A stretch of DNA of 64,000 nucleotides from an uncultured Flavobacteriaceae bacterium (GCA_947502635.1 CANNAN010000001.1:729246-793245); one strand, 5' to 3'. Shown: positions 30,600-40,999, counted from the first letter of the stretch. Program-made: numbers and translations. Notes: generated by a model not told the origin, from the sequence alone.

Positions 30600-30962
30600 T
30601 TGGAAAATAAAAAAGCAATTAAATTAATCGATAAAATCCTGGAAGATCTTGATAAAACAGGTATCAATACAGAGACATTAATTGACGATATAAAAGAATT
30701 AAGAACGTATGCTTTAGAAGAGCAAGTTCCTTTAGTCGTAAAGGTTCTTAGGTTTACTTATGAGCACATAGAAGAAAATAACGCATTTCTTATTCCTATT
30801 CTTGATGATGAACCTGCAGATGAAGAGGTGCATATTGAAGAGGATGAAGATGTTTCTCCTGTAGAAAGTCTTAAGTATTTACTTTCTCTTCTTAAAAACC
30901 TTAAAAACAAAGTTAATATTTCAGACTTAAAGGAGTACAGAGACCTTTTAATGGAATATTAA
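30600..30962 (+). CDS. Hypothetical acidic protein
   Basis: 120 aa, TTG start, own promoter box TAAATTTG at 30551-30558 and own terminator. Confidence 0.75.
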   Translation: MENKKAIKLIDKILEDLDKTGINTETLIDDIKELRTYALEEQVPLVVKVLRFTYEHIEENNAFLIPILDDEPADEEVHIEEDEDVSPVESLKYLLSLLKNLKNKVNISDLKEYRDLLMEY

Positions 30963-30994
30963 TTATAAATAAATAACACCTTTCAAAATAATTT

Positions 30995-31027
30995 AAAAGC
31001 CTTGGCAAATAATTGCTAAGGCTTTTT
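30995..31027 (+). terminator. Intrinsic terminator
   Basis: AAAAGCCTTGGCAA-ATAA-TTGCTAAGGCTTTTT. Confidence 0.75.
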
Positions 31028-31106
31028 AGTTTCGTAATTCTGTTCTGAAATTGTATTATGGTTTAATCATAGTTAGTGATTGGCTTTATTTTACTGGAAT
31101 AATTAT

Positions 31107-31299
31107 CTATAACTTTAAATATATGGCAAGCAGGGCAAAAAACAAGCGATTATTTTCAGTTTAGCCACAAGCCAAATCTTTTATGTTTTGTTTTAATTTT
31201 TCTCTTTTAATACCAAATCAAAAGATTTGGCACTTCGAAAATAGACAATAATCGTTCGACTAAACACTAATCACCTTATTTGCTATACATGTGTTTGTA
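31107..31299 (-). repeat. attC-like long imperfect hairpin (193 bp), homologous to 21956-22115
   Basis: On the - strand TACAAAC ... GTTATAG ends. Perfect 12-bp inverted repeat GCCAAATCTTTT (31171) / AAAAGATTTGGC (31220). Outer arms ATATGGCAA/TTGCTATAC. Confidence 0.6.
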
Positions 31300-31309
31300 A
31301 TTTTTAATT

Positions 31310-31822
31310 TCAATCCATCCAAGGATAATCAACAATAAATCCAAATTTATTCAATTTTTGAAAGTCATCTTCGGTCAAATCGTTTTCAAAATCAATTGTT
31401 TCTCCATTTATTAAATCAGTTAGAATTTGTTTAGATTCAAGTGTTCCTTTATCTGTCATTTTTTTCAAAAGTGATACCATTGATTTCAAGTTGAAATTTT
31501 CACTTTTAACAAATGATAAAATAATTTTAGAAGTATCTTTTTCTAAATAAGGATCTCCATATTTTTCAAATGATTCGATTGAGTCCTCAACAAATCGACC
31601 AGAACCTGTCTGAAACAATTTTCCATCAGTTTTAGAAACTATAGTCGGCCCTTGTCCAATTGCAATATCTTCAATTTTTTTAGATTCAAGGTATTTGTCC
31701 GATTGATAAAAAACAGCAAAACAAGTTTCCGATTCCATAGTAGATTCTGCAATAACAGAGAAACCTTTTAAGGTCTCCGTTAAATGGACTTGAACTAGTT
31801 TTTTAGCTTCTCTTTTAGTCAT
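31310..31822 (-). CDS. YrhB/Imm35-like protein (putative immunity protein)
   Basis: FAVFYQSDKYLE...IGQGPTIVSKTDGKLFQTGS resembles the YrhB/Imm35 pattern. Confidence 0.6.
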   Translation of the reverse strand: MTKREAKKLVQVHLTETLKGFSVIAESTMESETCFAVFYQSDKYLESKKIEDIAIGQGPTIVSKTDGKLFQTGSGRFVEDSIESFEKYGDPYLEKDTSKIILSFVKSENFNLKSMVSLLKKMTDKGTLESKQILTDLINGETIDFENDLTEDDFQKLNKFGFIVDYPWMD

Positions 31823-31965
31823 AGCTTATAAATAATGCCAACGATTAAATATACTTAGCAGGTAACAATATCTTTATTATGCTCGCATCACACTAAAATA
31901 ATTAATTTTTGTCATTGTAAGTGAGCTTTTAGGATAGGAGATATTGTTTACATCAAATATTTTGT

Positions 31966-32004
31966 AAAAAAAAGCCTTAACTATTTAATATAGCTAAGGC
32001 TTTT
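31966..32004 (-). terminator. Intrinsic terminator after rho
   Basis: AAAAGCCTTA...TAAGGCTTTT hairpin with an A-run on the + strand (U-tract on the - strand). Confidence 0.7.
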
Positions 32005-32035
32005 AAGCTTAGTTTAGTTATAGAAATTGAATATT

Positions 32036-33748
32036 TTACCCGTTCATAGAGATTAAAAACTCTTCATTATTTCGTGTTTGCTTAAAGCGGTCGTTAATAA
32101 ATTCCATAGCTTCAACAGGGTTCATATCTGCAAGATATTTACGCATAACCCACATACGTTGAATTGTATTTGCATCCAATAGAATGTCGTCACGACGCGT
32201 ACTAGAAGATGTAAGATCGATAGCAGGGAAAATTCTACGGTTAGAAATTTTTCTGTCTAACTGTAATTCCATGTTACCTGTTCCTTTAAATTCTTCGAAG
32301 ATAACTTCGTCCATTTTAGAACCAGTTTCAGTTAATGCTGTTGCAATAATAGTTAAAGAACCACCATTTTCTATATTTCTGGCAGCACCAAAGAAACGTT
32401 TTGGTTTATGAAGCGCATTAGCATCTACACCACCACTTAGTATTTTTCCAGAAGCTGGTTGCACCGTATTGTAGGCTCTTGCTAAACGTGTAATAGAATC
32501 TAAAAGAATAACAACATCATGTCCACATTCAACCAATCTTTTAGCTTTTTCAAGCACAATATTTGCAATTTTTACGTGTTCATGAGCTTCTTTATCGAAA
32601 GTTGAAGCAATAACTTCACCACGAACATTACGTTGCATATCGGTTACCTCTTCAGGACGTTCATCTATAAGTAAAATCATTTGATATACTTCAGGATGAT
32701 TTGCAGCAATAGCATTTGCAACATCCTTTAATAACATAGTCTTTCCTGTTTTTGGTTGTGATACAATCATACCACGTTGTCCTTTTCCTATTGGGGAAAA
32801 CAAATCCATTATCCTAGTAGAGATCGTACTTTGCTTTTCGGCTAAATTGAATTTCTCTTGTGGAAATAAAGGTGTTAAATGCTCGAAAGAAACTCGGTCT
32901 CTAACAACGTTAGGATTTTGTCCATTAATTTTACTGACTTTAATTAATGGGAAATATTTTTCACCTTCTTTTGGAGGTCTTACATGACCCAGAACGGTAT
33001 CACCAGTTTTTAAACCAAACAATCTAATTTGCGATTGTGAAACATAAATATCATCAGGTGATGATAAGTAGTTATAATCTGAAGAACGTAAAAAACCGTA
33101 ACCATCTTGCATAATATCTAAAACGCCTTCACTTTCTATAATGGCATCAAATTCAAAGTCAGGCTCTCTGTAACGGTTTCTACCATCTTTATTACCAGAA
33201 TCAACATTACCATTTTTTTGATTTCTATGCTGGTTTTTTTGCTGATTTTGATTGTTATCGCGTCTTTGATGCGGTTTTTGTTGATTGTCGTTTTGGTTTT
33301 TTTGTTTTGGCTTGTTGTCTTGTTTTTGCTCTTCGTTGTTCTGCTTGGCAACAGGCTTAGGAGTATTAACCTTTTCAACAGGCTTAGGAGTTTCAACTTT
33401 TTTATCGGTCGAAACTTTTTCTTCATTTTTAACAGGTTCTTTTTTTATAGGTGTGCTCTTAGCAGGCTCACTTATGGCAGGAGTGTTCTTTGCAGGTGTG
33501 TTCTTAGTAGGTTTTTGAACACGCTGTCTAGGTTTTCTTGCTGCTGGCTTATTTTCTGTTTTATTTTCTGCTGCTTCTATAGGAGCAACAACAGCTTTTA
33601 CTGCTTTTGGATCGGCAGCTTGTTGATCTAGAATTTGGTAAACTAAATCTAATTTTTTTAATGAACGGTATTTGGGTACGTTCATTTTTTTAGCAATCTC
33701 TTGTAAATCAGAGAGCTTTTTTTCTTTTAATTGTGAAATTTCAAACAT
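32036..33748 (-). CDS. rho: Transcription termination factor Rho with N-terminal low-complexity insertion
   Basis: [48 protein letters not shown]. Confidence 0.98.
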   Translation of the reverse strand: MFEISQLKEKKLSDLQEIAKKMNVPKYRSLKKLDLVYQILDQQAADPKAVKAVVAPIEAAENKTENKPAARKPRQRVQKPTKNTPAKNTPAISEPAKSTPIKKEPVKNEEKVSTDKKVETPKPVEKVNTPKPVAKQNNEEQKQDNKPKQKNQNDNQQKPHQRRDNNQNQQKNQHRNQKNGNVDSGNKDGRNRYREPDFEFDAIIESEGVLDIMQDGYGFLRSSDYNYLSSPDDIYVSQSQIRLFGLKTGDTVLGHVRPPKEGEKYFPLIKVSKINGQNPNVVRDRVSFEHLTPLFPQEKFNLAEKQSTISTRIMDLFSPIGKGQRGMIVSQPKTGKTMLLKDVANAIAANHPEVYQMILLIDERPEEVTDMQRNVRGEVIASTFDKEAHEHVKIANIVLEKAKRLVECGHDVVILLDSITRLARAYNTVQPASGKILSGGVDANALHKPKRFFGAARNIENGGSLTIIATALTETGSKMDEVIFEEFKGTGNMELQLDRKISNRRIFPAIDLTSSSTRRDDILLDANTIQRMWVMRKYLADMNPVEAMEFINDRFKQTRNNEEFLISMNG

Positions 33749-33957
33749 TTATGTTTAATTGAATATGATATGTGATATTTTTTTTGAATATAAACTTTTG
33801 AGTAATTCTGAAAAATGATTTCTTATTCTGAAGAATAACCACTTGTAATAGCGGTTGTTGAGAATTATTACTGCAATTATACAACTTTATTTTAAGTTTT
33901 TGGGGTATTTTTATAAAAGAAACTATTATTTTTGCTTTCTAGTTTTTAAAAAATCAT

Positions 33958-34368
33958 ATGCTACAGCGTATTCAAACCATATACCTTTTAATAGCAGCAG
34001 GAATTTCTGCTGGTTTAATTTTTGTGTTTCATTTATGGATTACAAATGAGAGTGTTAGTGTGTTTGCTAAAGATGATATACTTTATCTGGGACTGTTTTT
34101 AGGCTCTGCATTATTATCTTTAATAGCTATTTTTATGTACAAAAATAGGAAGTCTCAATTTGTTTTGGGGCGACTTAACATCATATTAAACTTTGTTTTA
34201 CTAGGATTTTTTGTATATCAATCTCTAAACATATCTGGAGAAACGGCGGTTTCTGAGAAAGGTATTGGGATGCTTCTTCCTATTGTTTCTATCGTGTTTT
34301 TGGCATTAGCCAATAAGGCCATCAAAAAGGATGAAGATCTCGTAAAATCTGTAGATCGATTACGATAA
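33958..34368 (+). CDS. DUF4293 family membrane protein
   Basis: MLQRIQTIYL ... LANKAIKKDEDLVKSVDRLR. Confidence 0.9.
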   Translation: MLQRIQTIYLLIAAGISAGLIFVFHLWITNESVSVFAKDDILYLGLFLGSALLSLIAIFMYKNRKSQFVLGRLNIILNFVLLGFFVYQSLNISGETAVSEKGIGMLLPIVSIVFLALANKAIKKDEDLVKSVDRLR

Positions 34369-34397
34369 ACCTAACATCTTAGTAGTATTAGTGCGTT

Positions 34398-34427
34398 AAA
34401 ACCCAAAGTGAAAGCTTTGGGTTTTTT
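34398..34427 (+). terminator. Intrinsic terminator
   Basis: AAAACCCAAAG-TGAAAG-CTTTGGGTTTTTT. Confidence 0.8.
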
Positions 34428-34474
34428 ATTGAAAAAACGCTTCGAAGTTTTATTTTGAGGTTTCCATTGAAATT

Positions 34475-34499
34475 GTTATTCCCTCGGAGGCGAGAATCT
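34475..34499 (+). repeat. REP-like element, diverged
   Basis: GTTATTCCCTCGGAGGCGAGAATCT, with the same length and ends as the 12326 copy. Confidence 0.55.
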
Positions 34500-34596
34500 A
34501 AATAGAGAATTTTGATTCTTAATCTTAAAGTTAAAATGAACTGATAATTCTTTATGTAAATATTTCTGAAATATGGAAGGTTACATGAATTATCTA

Positions 34597-35091
34597 TTAA
34601 CGTTTATTAAATTCGATGACTTCTAAATTGTCAATTTTGCTACCGTCAATAGTAAAACGCAGCATTGTACGTGTTTTATGAAATCCATGCTTACCAACTG
34701 CCCCAGGATTCATATGTAGTAAATGTAACTTTTTATCAGGCATAACTTTTAATATATGCGAATGCCCAGAAATAAAAAGTTTAGGAGGGTTTTGTTTTAT
34801 TTCATCCCGAACTCTCATATTATAAGCATTTGGATAGCCACCTATATGTGTGATCCATACATCAACACCTTCACACATAAAACGATTATTTTCGGGGAAT
34901 TCCATTCTCACTTTATTATCATCAATATTACCAAAAACGGCACGTAAAGGCTTTAATTTTTTTATGGCATCCGTCACTTTTAAATCGCCAATATCACCAG
35001 CATGCCAAACTTCATCTACTTGTTTTACATATTTTAAAATGTCATTATCTATATAACTGTGCGTATCTGAAAGTAATAATATTTTTATCAT
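34597..35091 (-). CDS. Metallophosphoesterase (YfcE/MJ0936-like)
   Basis: LSDTH, HAGDIG, GNID, GHSH, NPG. Confidence 0.9.
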   Translation of the reverse strand: MIKILLLSDTHSYIDNDILKYVKQVDEVWHAGDIGDLKVTDAIKKLKPLRAVFGNIDDNKVRMEFPENNRFMCEGVDVWITHIGGYPNAYNMRVRDEIKQNPPKLFISGHSHILKVMPDKKLHLLHMNPGAVGKHGFHKTRTMLRFTIDGSKIDNLEVIEFNKR

Positions 35092-35166
35092 AGTATTTTG
35101 CGAGAAAATAATTTGTTTTTTAACTAAGGGTTCTTTCTTCTTTAATTTTTTTTAATATATAATTAA

Positions 35167-35190
35167 GGTTCCTGTCTTCGCAGGAATAGT
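35167..35190 (-). repeat. REP-like palindrome
   Basis: - strand ACTATTCCTGCGAAGACAGGAACC, same family as 12326. Confidence 0.65.
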
Positions 35191-35243
35191 AAAACTATCT
35201 ATCTTTGCATACCTAATATCATTTACAAAAGTATTAAATCAGA

Positions 35244-35993
35244 TTGAGGTATTTTATAGAACTTTCTTATAATGGTGCTGCGTATCATGGCTGGCAAAAT
35301 CAACCAAAAGATATATCGGTACAAGAAGTTATTGAAAAAGCATTGTCTATGCTTTTAAGAGCACACATCTCTATTATGGGAGCAGGTCGTACAGATACAG
35401 GTGTACATGCTTCTCAAATGTTTGCTCATTTTGATGCACATGAGGTTTTTAACGAAAAAAATCTGGTTTTTAAATTGAATTCTTATTTACCAAAAGATAT
35501 TGCTATTCGTAATATCTTCAAAGTAAAAGAAAATGCACATGCTCGTTTTGATGCAGTAAGTAGAACTTATTTATATAGAATAGCACTAAAAAAGGATGTG
35601 TTTTCGTTTGATAATAGTTTTTTTGTAAAACAAGATTTGGATGTTGAAAAAATGAATGAAGCTTCAGCGATTTTATTTAAGTATAAAGATTTTCAATGCT
35701 TTTCAAAAAGTAATACCGATGTAAAAACGTATTATTGTGATATAATGAAAGCAAAATGGACATTGCAAGGGGATGAGCTTCATTTTGTGATAAAAGCAGA
35801 TCGATTTTTACGTAATATGGTCCGTGCTATTGTAGGTACTATGATTAACATTGGTTTGGGTAAAATAGATGTTGAATATTTGAATACCATTATAAAGTCT
35901 AAAAATAGGAGTGAAGCGGGGTTTTCAGTCCCTGCCCATGGGTTATATTTAGCAGAAGTGGAATATCCTAACGATATAAAGATAAATGAGTAA
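35244..35993 (+). CDS. truA: tRNA pseudouridine(38-40) synthase
   Basis: YHGWQ, AGRTDTGVHA, FLRNMVR. TATCTTTG box at 35200-35207. Confidence 0.96.
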   Translation: MRYFIELSYNGAAYHGWQNQPKDISVQEVIEKALSMLLRAHISIMGAGRTDTGVHASQMFAHFDAHEVFNEKNLVFKLNSYLPKDIAIRNIFKVKENAHARFDAVSRTYLYRIALKKDVFSFDNSFFVKQDLDVEKMNEASAILFKYKDFQCFSKSNTDVKTYYCDIMKAKWTLQGDELHFVIKADRFLRNMVRAIVGTMINIGLGKIDVEYLNTIIKSKNRSEAGFSVPAHGLYLAEVEYPNDIKINE

Positions 35994-37752
35994 AAAACAA
36001 GAAAAAATATTTGACGTCACTTTATTTAAACGTCTTTTTCAATATATAAAGCCTTATAAATTTGTTTTTTTAGGTTTAGTGCTTATGGTGGTTCTATTGG
36101 CTATTTTTAGTGCAGCAACACCTCGTGTTACTCAGTTTGCTATAGATGATAGTATTACGGGCGAGCAACCTAAAAAGTTTCTCTTTTATATTATGATCAT
36201 GTTTGCTATTTTAATTTTGCAAACCATATTTCAATTGGCATTTATTTATTATGCAGCCTGGTTAGGACAAAGTTTGGTTGTTGATGTACGAATAAAATTA
36301 TTCGATCATCTACTGCGTTTTAAAATGAAGTACTACGATAATTCTTCAGTAGGTGTGCTTATTACGAGAGCTGTAACCGATATGGAACGTATCGCTGATA
36401 TTTTTGGGCAGGGTTTATTCATGATTGTTAAAGACTTACTCACTATGGCTGTAGTTTTTGGAATCATGGTTTATACAAATTGGCGATTGAGCTTAATCGT
36501 ATTTATTATGTTGCCTCTGTTATTATACGCAACACGCATTTTTCAAAAGTATATGAAGCGGGCTTTTGAAGAAGTTAGAACAGAAGTCTCTAATTTAAAC
36601 TCTTTTGTACAAGAGCGATTAACTGGAATGAAGATTCTCCAGTTATTTACCCGTGAAGCTATTGAATATAAGAATTTTAAAAAAATAAATGAGCGGCATA
36701 AGAAAGGTTGGCTTAAAACTGTTTGGTATAACTCAATTTTCTTTCCTTTAGCAGACTTGTCGTCATCAATAACCGTTGGTTTAGTAGCCTGGTATGGCGG
36801 TTTAAATGTTGTGTTGGAGGGAAAAGTCACAGAAGGTGTTTTGATAGCATTTATTATGTATATTCCAATGTTATTCAGACCATTACGTCAAATAGCAGAT
36901 AAGTTTAATACATTGCAAATGGGCATGGTAGCAGCTACCAGAGTGTTTAAAGTTATAGATACGACTTCGCAGATTGATGATTTAGGAACACATGTTGCAG
37001 AACATTTAAAAGGCGATATAAAATTTGATAATGTATTTTTTAGCTATGTCGAAGAAGAAGAGGTTTTAAAAGGTATTTCTTTTGATGTAAATGCTGGGGA
37101 AACCGTCGCCATTGTAGGTGCAACAGGAGCAGGGAAATCGACTATTATTAATTTATTAAATCGTTTTTACGAAATTAATGATGGCGTTATTTATGTTGAT
37201 GGTATTGATATTAAACAAGTCACTTTAGAATCCTTACGTACCCAGATAGCTGTGGTATTACAGGATGTATTCTTATTTGCCGATACCATTTTAAATAATA
37301 TTACATTAAATCATCCAGAGATTACCGAAGCACAGGTGGAACATGCAGCCAAAGAGATTGGGATTCATGATTTTATAATGAGTTTACCGAACGGATATCA
37401 TTATAATGTAAAGGAAAGAGGTGTTATGTTATCTTCTGGGCAACGGCAACTCATATCGTTTTTAAGAGCTTATGTAACCAATCCAAGTATTTTGGTATTA
37501 GATGAGGCGACATCATCTGTAGATTCTTATTCAGAGCAACTCATTCAAAATGCCACAGATAGAATTACTAAGGGTAGAACTTCCATTGTTATTGCGCATA
37601 GATTGGCAACTATTAAAAAAGCTGATAAAATTATAGTAATGGATGCTGGTAATATTGTAGAACAAGGCACACATAAAGAGTTGCTTAAAAAAGAGAATGG
37701 TTATTATAAGAACTTATACGAAGTACAGTTTTTACAAGAAGAAGCTATTTAG
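35986..37752 (+). CDS. ABC exporter, fused permease/ATP-binding
   Basis: Six-TM domain, GATGAGKST, LSSGQRQ, LDEATS. Confidence 0.93.
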   Translation: MSKKQEKIFDVTLFKRLFQYIKPYKFVFLGLVLMVVLLAIFSAATPRVTQFAIDDSITGEQPKKFLFYIMIMFAILILQTIFQLAFIYYAAWLGQSLVVDVRIKLFDHLLRFKMKYYDNSSVGVLITRAVTDMERIADIFGQGLFMIVKDLLTMAVVFGIMVYTNWRLSLIVFIMLPLLLYATRIFQKYMKRAFEEVRTEVSNLNSFVQERLTGMKILQLFTREAIEYKNFKKINERHKKGWLKTVWYNSIFFPLADLSSSITVGLVAWYGGLNVVLEGKVTEGVLIAFIMYIPMLFRPLRQIADKFNTLQMGMVAATRVFKVIDTTSQIDDLGTHVAEHLKGDIKFDNVFFSYVEEEEVLKGISFDVNAGETVAIVGATGAGKSTIINLLNRFYEINDGVIYVDGIDIKQVTLESLRTQIAVVLQDVFLFADTILNNITLNHPEITEAQVEHAAKEIGIHDFIMSLPNGYHYNVKERGVMLSSGQRQLISFLRAYVTNPSILVLDEATSSVDSYSEQLIQNATDRITKGRTSIVIAHRLATIKKADKIIVMDAGNIVEQGTHKELLKKENGYYKNLYEVQFLQEEAI

Positions 37753-37761
37753 GTTAATGTA

Positions 37762-38571
37762 CTACTTCGCAGCTTCTATGGCTGATTTTTTAGCTTCTAT
37801 AATGGCATTTAAAGTACCATCGTAGTACATGACGATACTAGCCAAAACAATAAATATTATAAATAAGACTCCCGTAATTAATAAAAATAAAATAGCTTTT
37901 AATAAGATTTGCTTAATACTTAAATTAAAAATACGTTTAAAGCAATAAGTAGAAAATAAGATTTGTAAGAACGTTAATAAAATACCTATAATTCCAAAAT
38001 TAATACCAAATAATGAGACTATTATAATGAGTATTGAGCTTACAATTGATAAATGGGCGGCCAAATACATATTTATGACTAAATGCTCTGTATAATTATA
38101 TTTTTTATAATCAAAAAAAATAATTTTTGAGATGACGGCATAAACTGGAACGATGAGCATGTATATAACAGATTGATATTCCTGAACAAAATTCATGTTC
38201 TTTTGCTGAAAATCTTCAGCACCTTTTTGAGTAAGAAAATCTACATTCATTAATTCTGGAAAGAATTTATTCAATACAAACATTTGAAATCCAGATAATG
38301 TAAGTCCTATGGCAAAATAACTAATAACATCGACATACTTTTTTCTAGTTCCTTGAATATAGCCTTTAATAACAGTCTCTGGCTTTGTAAAAAGCGTTAT
38401 GAAAGTTTGCAGCAGTTTGTTGTCATAATTAAGAAATGTTTCACTGAAATGTTCAAATAGATTTTTAAGAGTTAATCTATTCTTAATGACTTTAGCACCG
38501 CAAAAATCACAAAAGTTATTTTCGGAATTTAGATCTTTATTACAATTTTTACAGAGATTAAGACAAGTCAC
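37762..38571 (-). CDS. DUF3667-domain membrane protein with N-terminal Zn ribbon
   Basis: CKNC...FCDFCGAK, LFTKPETVI..YI.G.RKKY, multiple TM segments. Confidence 0.8.
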   Translation of the reverse strand: MTCLNLCKNCNKDLNSENNFCDFCGAKVIKNRLTLKNLFEHFSETFLNYDNKLLQTFITLFTKPETVIKGYIQGTRKKYVDVISYFAIGLTLSGFQMFVLNKFFPELMNVDFLTQKGAEDFQQKNMNFVQEYQSVIYMLIVPVYAVISKIIFFDYKKYNYTEHLVINMYLAAHLSIVSSILIIIVSLFGINFGIIGILLTFLQILFSTYCFKRIFNLSIKQILLKAILFLLITGVLFIIFIVLASIVMYYDGTLNAIIEAKKSAIEAAK

Positions 38572-39343
38572 TCTTAATTATTGATTTAAGTTGTTTTGTG
38601 TCTTCAAAAACGACGAACTCTCCATCTTTGAAATAAGAAATATGCCCCGTTTCTTCACTCACTACAAGAGACAATGCATCTGTCTTCTCAGTAACTCCAA
38701 TGGCTGCTCTATGTCGAAGACCAAAACGTTGTGGAATATTTTTTTCATTATTAACAGGTAAAATAACCCGGGTTGCTTTTACAATGTTATTATTGACTAT
38801 AATGGCACCATCGTGCAATGGGCTATTTTTAAAAAAGATACTTTCAATAATAGGTTGGGTCACTTTTATATTCATTTCATCTCCCGACGATGATAAAAAA
38901 TCCAGATTATTATTTCTCTCAAAAACGATTAAAGCTCCAGTTTTTGACATGGCCATTTTATTGCAAGCAGAAATAATAGCATCGATATCAGTTTCGTCGT
39001 TAGTTTCAGTTTTTAAAAACTTAAGCTGTTTTAAGAATTTACGCCGTCTATTAAAATTGGTAGAACCTACCATTAGTAAAAATTTACGAATCTCTGGTTG
39101 GAATACAACTATTAAAGCAATAATTCCCACTTTCATAAAACCGCCAAAAATACCAGTTAACAGTTGCATATCAAGGAATTCGGTAAGTTTCCAAACCAAA
39201 TAAATAATAATAATACCTATAAAAATATTAATAGCAACAGTTCCTTTTACAAGCTTGTAAACATAATAGAGTAAAAGAGCTACAAGAACAACATCAACAT
39301 AATCGATGAGATGCAAATCTAAAATGTCTTTAAAAATATCCAA
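38558..39343 (-). CDS. cdaA: Diadenylate cyclase CdaA/DacA
   Basis: Three N-terminal TM segments, FQPEIRKFL, catalytic HDGA and GLRHRAA. Confidence 0.93.
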   Translation of the reverse strand: MDIFKDILDLHLIDYVDVVLVALLLYYVYKLVKGTVAINIFIGIIIIYLVWKLTEFLDMQLLTGIFGGFMKVGIIALIVVFQPEIRKFLLMVGSTNFNRRRKFLKQLKFLKTETNDETDIDAIISACNKMAMSKTGALIVFERNNNLDFLSSSGDEMNIKVTQPIIESIFFKNSPLHDGAIIVNNNIVKATRVILPVNNEKNIPQRFGLRHRAAIGVTEKTDALSLVVSEETGHISYFKDGEFVVFEDTKQLKSIIKSDLS

Positions 39344-39378
39344 TAGTAGTGGGTTTTTGTAAATTTAGTAAAATATGG

Positions 39379-40068
39379 TTAATTAAAAATAAATTCGTCA
39401 TTTAGCAGCGATATATTTTGATTGCTTATTTTAAGCAAGTCAGATTTTAAAGTTATATACGATTGAAATGTGGTATTATCATTTATTTCTATAATGATTT
39501 CTGTTTTTTCATGAGTACTATTAAAAAGACTTTTAATATCATTTAAAAAGTCTTCGTCATTTGATATATAAACATCAGTTACTTTAATAATTCCATGGAT
39601 TTCTATTTTTTTAGAAGATTTATAAACAATTTTGACTCTTTTTTTTGTTGGAATATCTGAGATTTTCGAAAAATAACCTAAAGAGCTGCCTTCGTGAAAA
39701 GTAATATCCGTAAATTCAATAAATCCTAAATTTTTTCTGCTAATGTCATTACAAGTAAAATAGTTTTTGGCATTTTTATTTTTATGACTTGAGTTTTGTT
39801 TTTTATCCTGAAGAAACTTTATGTGAGGTATCACCTGTTTTAGGGTTAAACGCTTATCAATATTAACCAGCCAGTTTGTAGTGCTAATTAAGTTCTTTCT
39901 ATTCAACTCAACACTATCTTTTTGAGTGTCATCATAAAATAAATAAGCAGGAGAAACATCGTTTATTTCTGTAATTTCAGAATGGTTTATTTCTGGAAGA
40001 TGTATGACTTTTTCTTTTCCGCAAGAAAAAATAATTAATAATAATCCAAGAGCTAATACTGGCTTCAT
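39379..40068 (-). CDS. Hypothetical lipoprotein
   Basis: Lipobox IFSC. 1-nt gap after folP. Confidence 0.75.
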   Translation of the reverse strand: MKPVLALGLLLIIFSCGKEKVIHLPEINHSEITEINDVSPAYLFYDDTQKDSVELNRKNLISTTNWLVNIDKRLTLKQVIPHIKFLQDKKQNSSHKNKNAKNYFTCNDISRKNLGFIEFTDITFHEGSSLGYFSKISDIPTKKRVKIVYKSSKKIEIHGIIKVTDVYISNDEDFLNDIKSLFNSTHEKTEIIIEINDNTTFQSYITLKSDLLKISNQNISLLNDEFIFN

Positions 40069-40069
40069 G

Positions 40070-40894
40070 TTATGTGTTTAAAGATTCAACCAATTTAATA
40101 CATTCAATAGCTTCTTTAACATCATGAACTCGTAAAATGGAAGCCTTTTTTTGTAAAGCAATCGTATTTAAAACACTGGTACCATTAAGAGATTCTTTAG
40201 CCGAAGTTTCTAAGGTTTTGTAAATCATAGATTTTCTGGAAACACCAACTAATAAAGGGGTTTCCGTTATTTTAAAATGCTCCAGTTTATTTAGTAATTC
40301 ATAATTTTGCTTTAAAGTTTTGGAAAATCCAAACCCAGGGTCGACAATGATATCAACAATCCCTAATTGTTTTGCAGTAGCAAGGCGTTCAGAAAAGTAT
40401 AAGAGGCTGTCCTTAATAATATCATCATAATCCGTGTGCTCTTGCATGGTTTGCGGTGTTCCTCTCATATGCATCATAATATATGGAACATGTAAGTTAG
40501 CTATAGTTTGCAACATATTATGATCTAATTTTCCTGCGGAAATATCATTAATTAGCGCAGCTCCAGCTTCAATACATGATTTTGCAACACGACTTCTAAA
40601 CGTATCAATAGAAAGTAAAACCTCAGGAAACTCTTTTAAAATTAAGTCGACAATTGGTAGGATTCTTTTTAACTCATCGGTCTCACTAACATGATCCGCA
40701 TTGGGCCGCGAACTGTAGGCGCCAATATCAATAAAAGTAGCCCCTTCATTAAGCATTAATGCAACATGCTTTAAAATATCATGGTCATTTTTATGTTTTC
40801 CGCCATCGTAAAACGAATCGGGCGTTATGTTTAGAATTCCCATCACTTTTGGTGATGTTAAATCGATAAGTTTTCCTTTACAGTTTAGTGTCAT
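40070..40894 (-). CDS. folP: Dihydropteroate synthase
   Basis: GILNITPDSFYDGG, SIDTF, DPGFGF, GVSRK, LRVHDV. Confidence 0.97.
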   Translation of the reverse strand: MTLNCKGKLIDLTSPKVMGILNITPDSFYDGGKHKNDHDILKHVALMLNEGATFIDIGAYSSRPNADHVSETDELKRILPIVDLILKEFPEVLLSIDTFRSRVAKSCIEAGAALINDISAGKLDHNMLQTIANLHVPYIMMHMRGTPQTMQEHTDYDDIIKDSLLYFSERLATAKQLGIVDIIVDPGFGFSKTLKQNYELLNKLEHFKITETPLLVGVSRKSMIYKTLETSAKESLNGTSVLNTIALQKKASILRVHDVKEAIECIKLVESLNT

Positions 40895-40999
40895 TTATAC
40901 CTTTTTGTATGGTGTTTGTACTAAGTTTAAAACTTTAATCCTGAAACTTTGACGGTTAAGCTTTTTTATGCGAAATTTACGCAAAATACATTTTAATTC

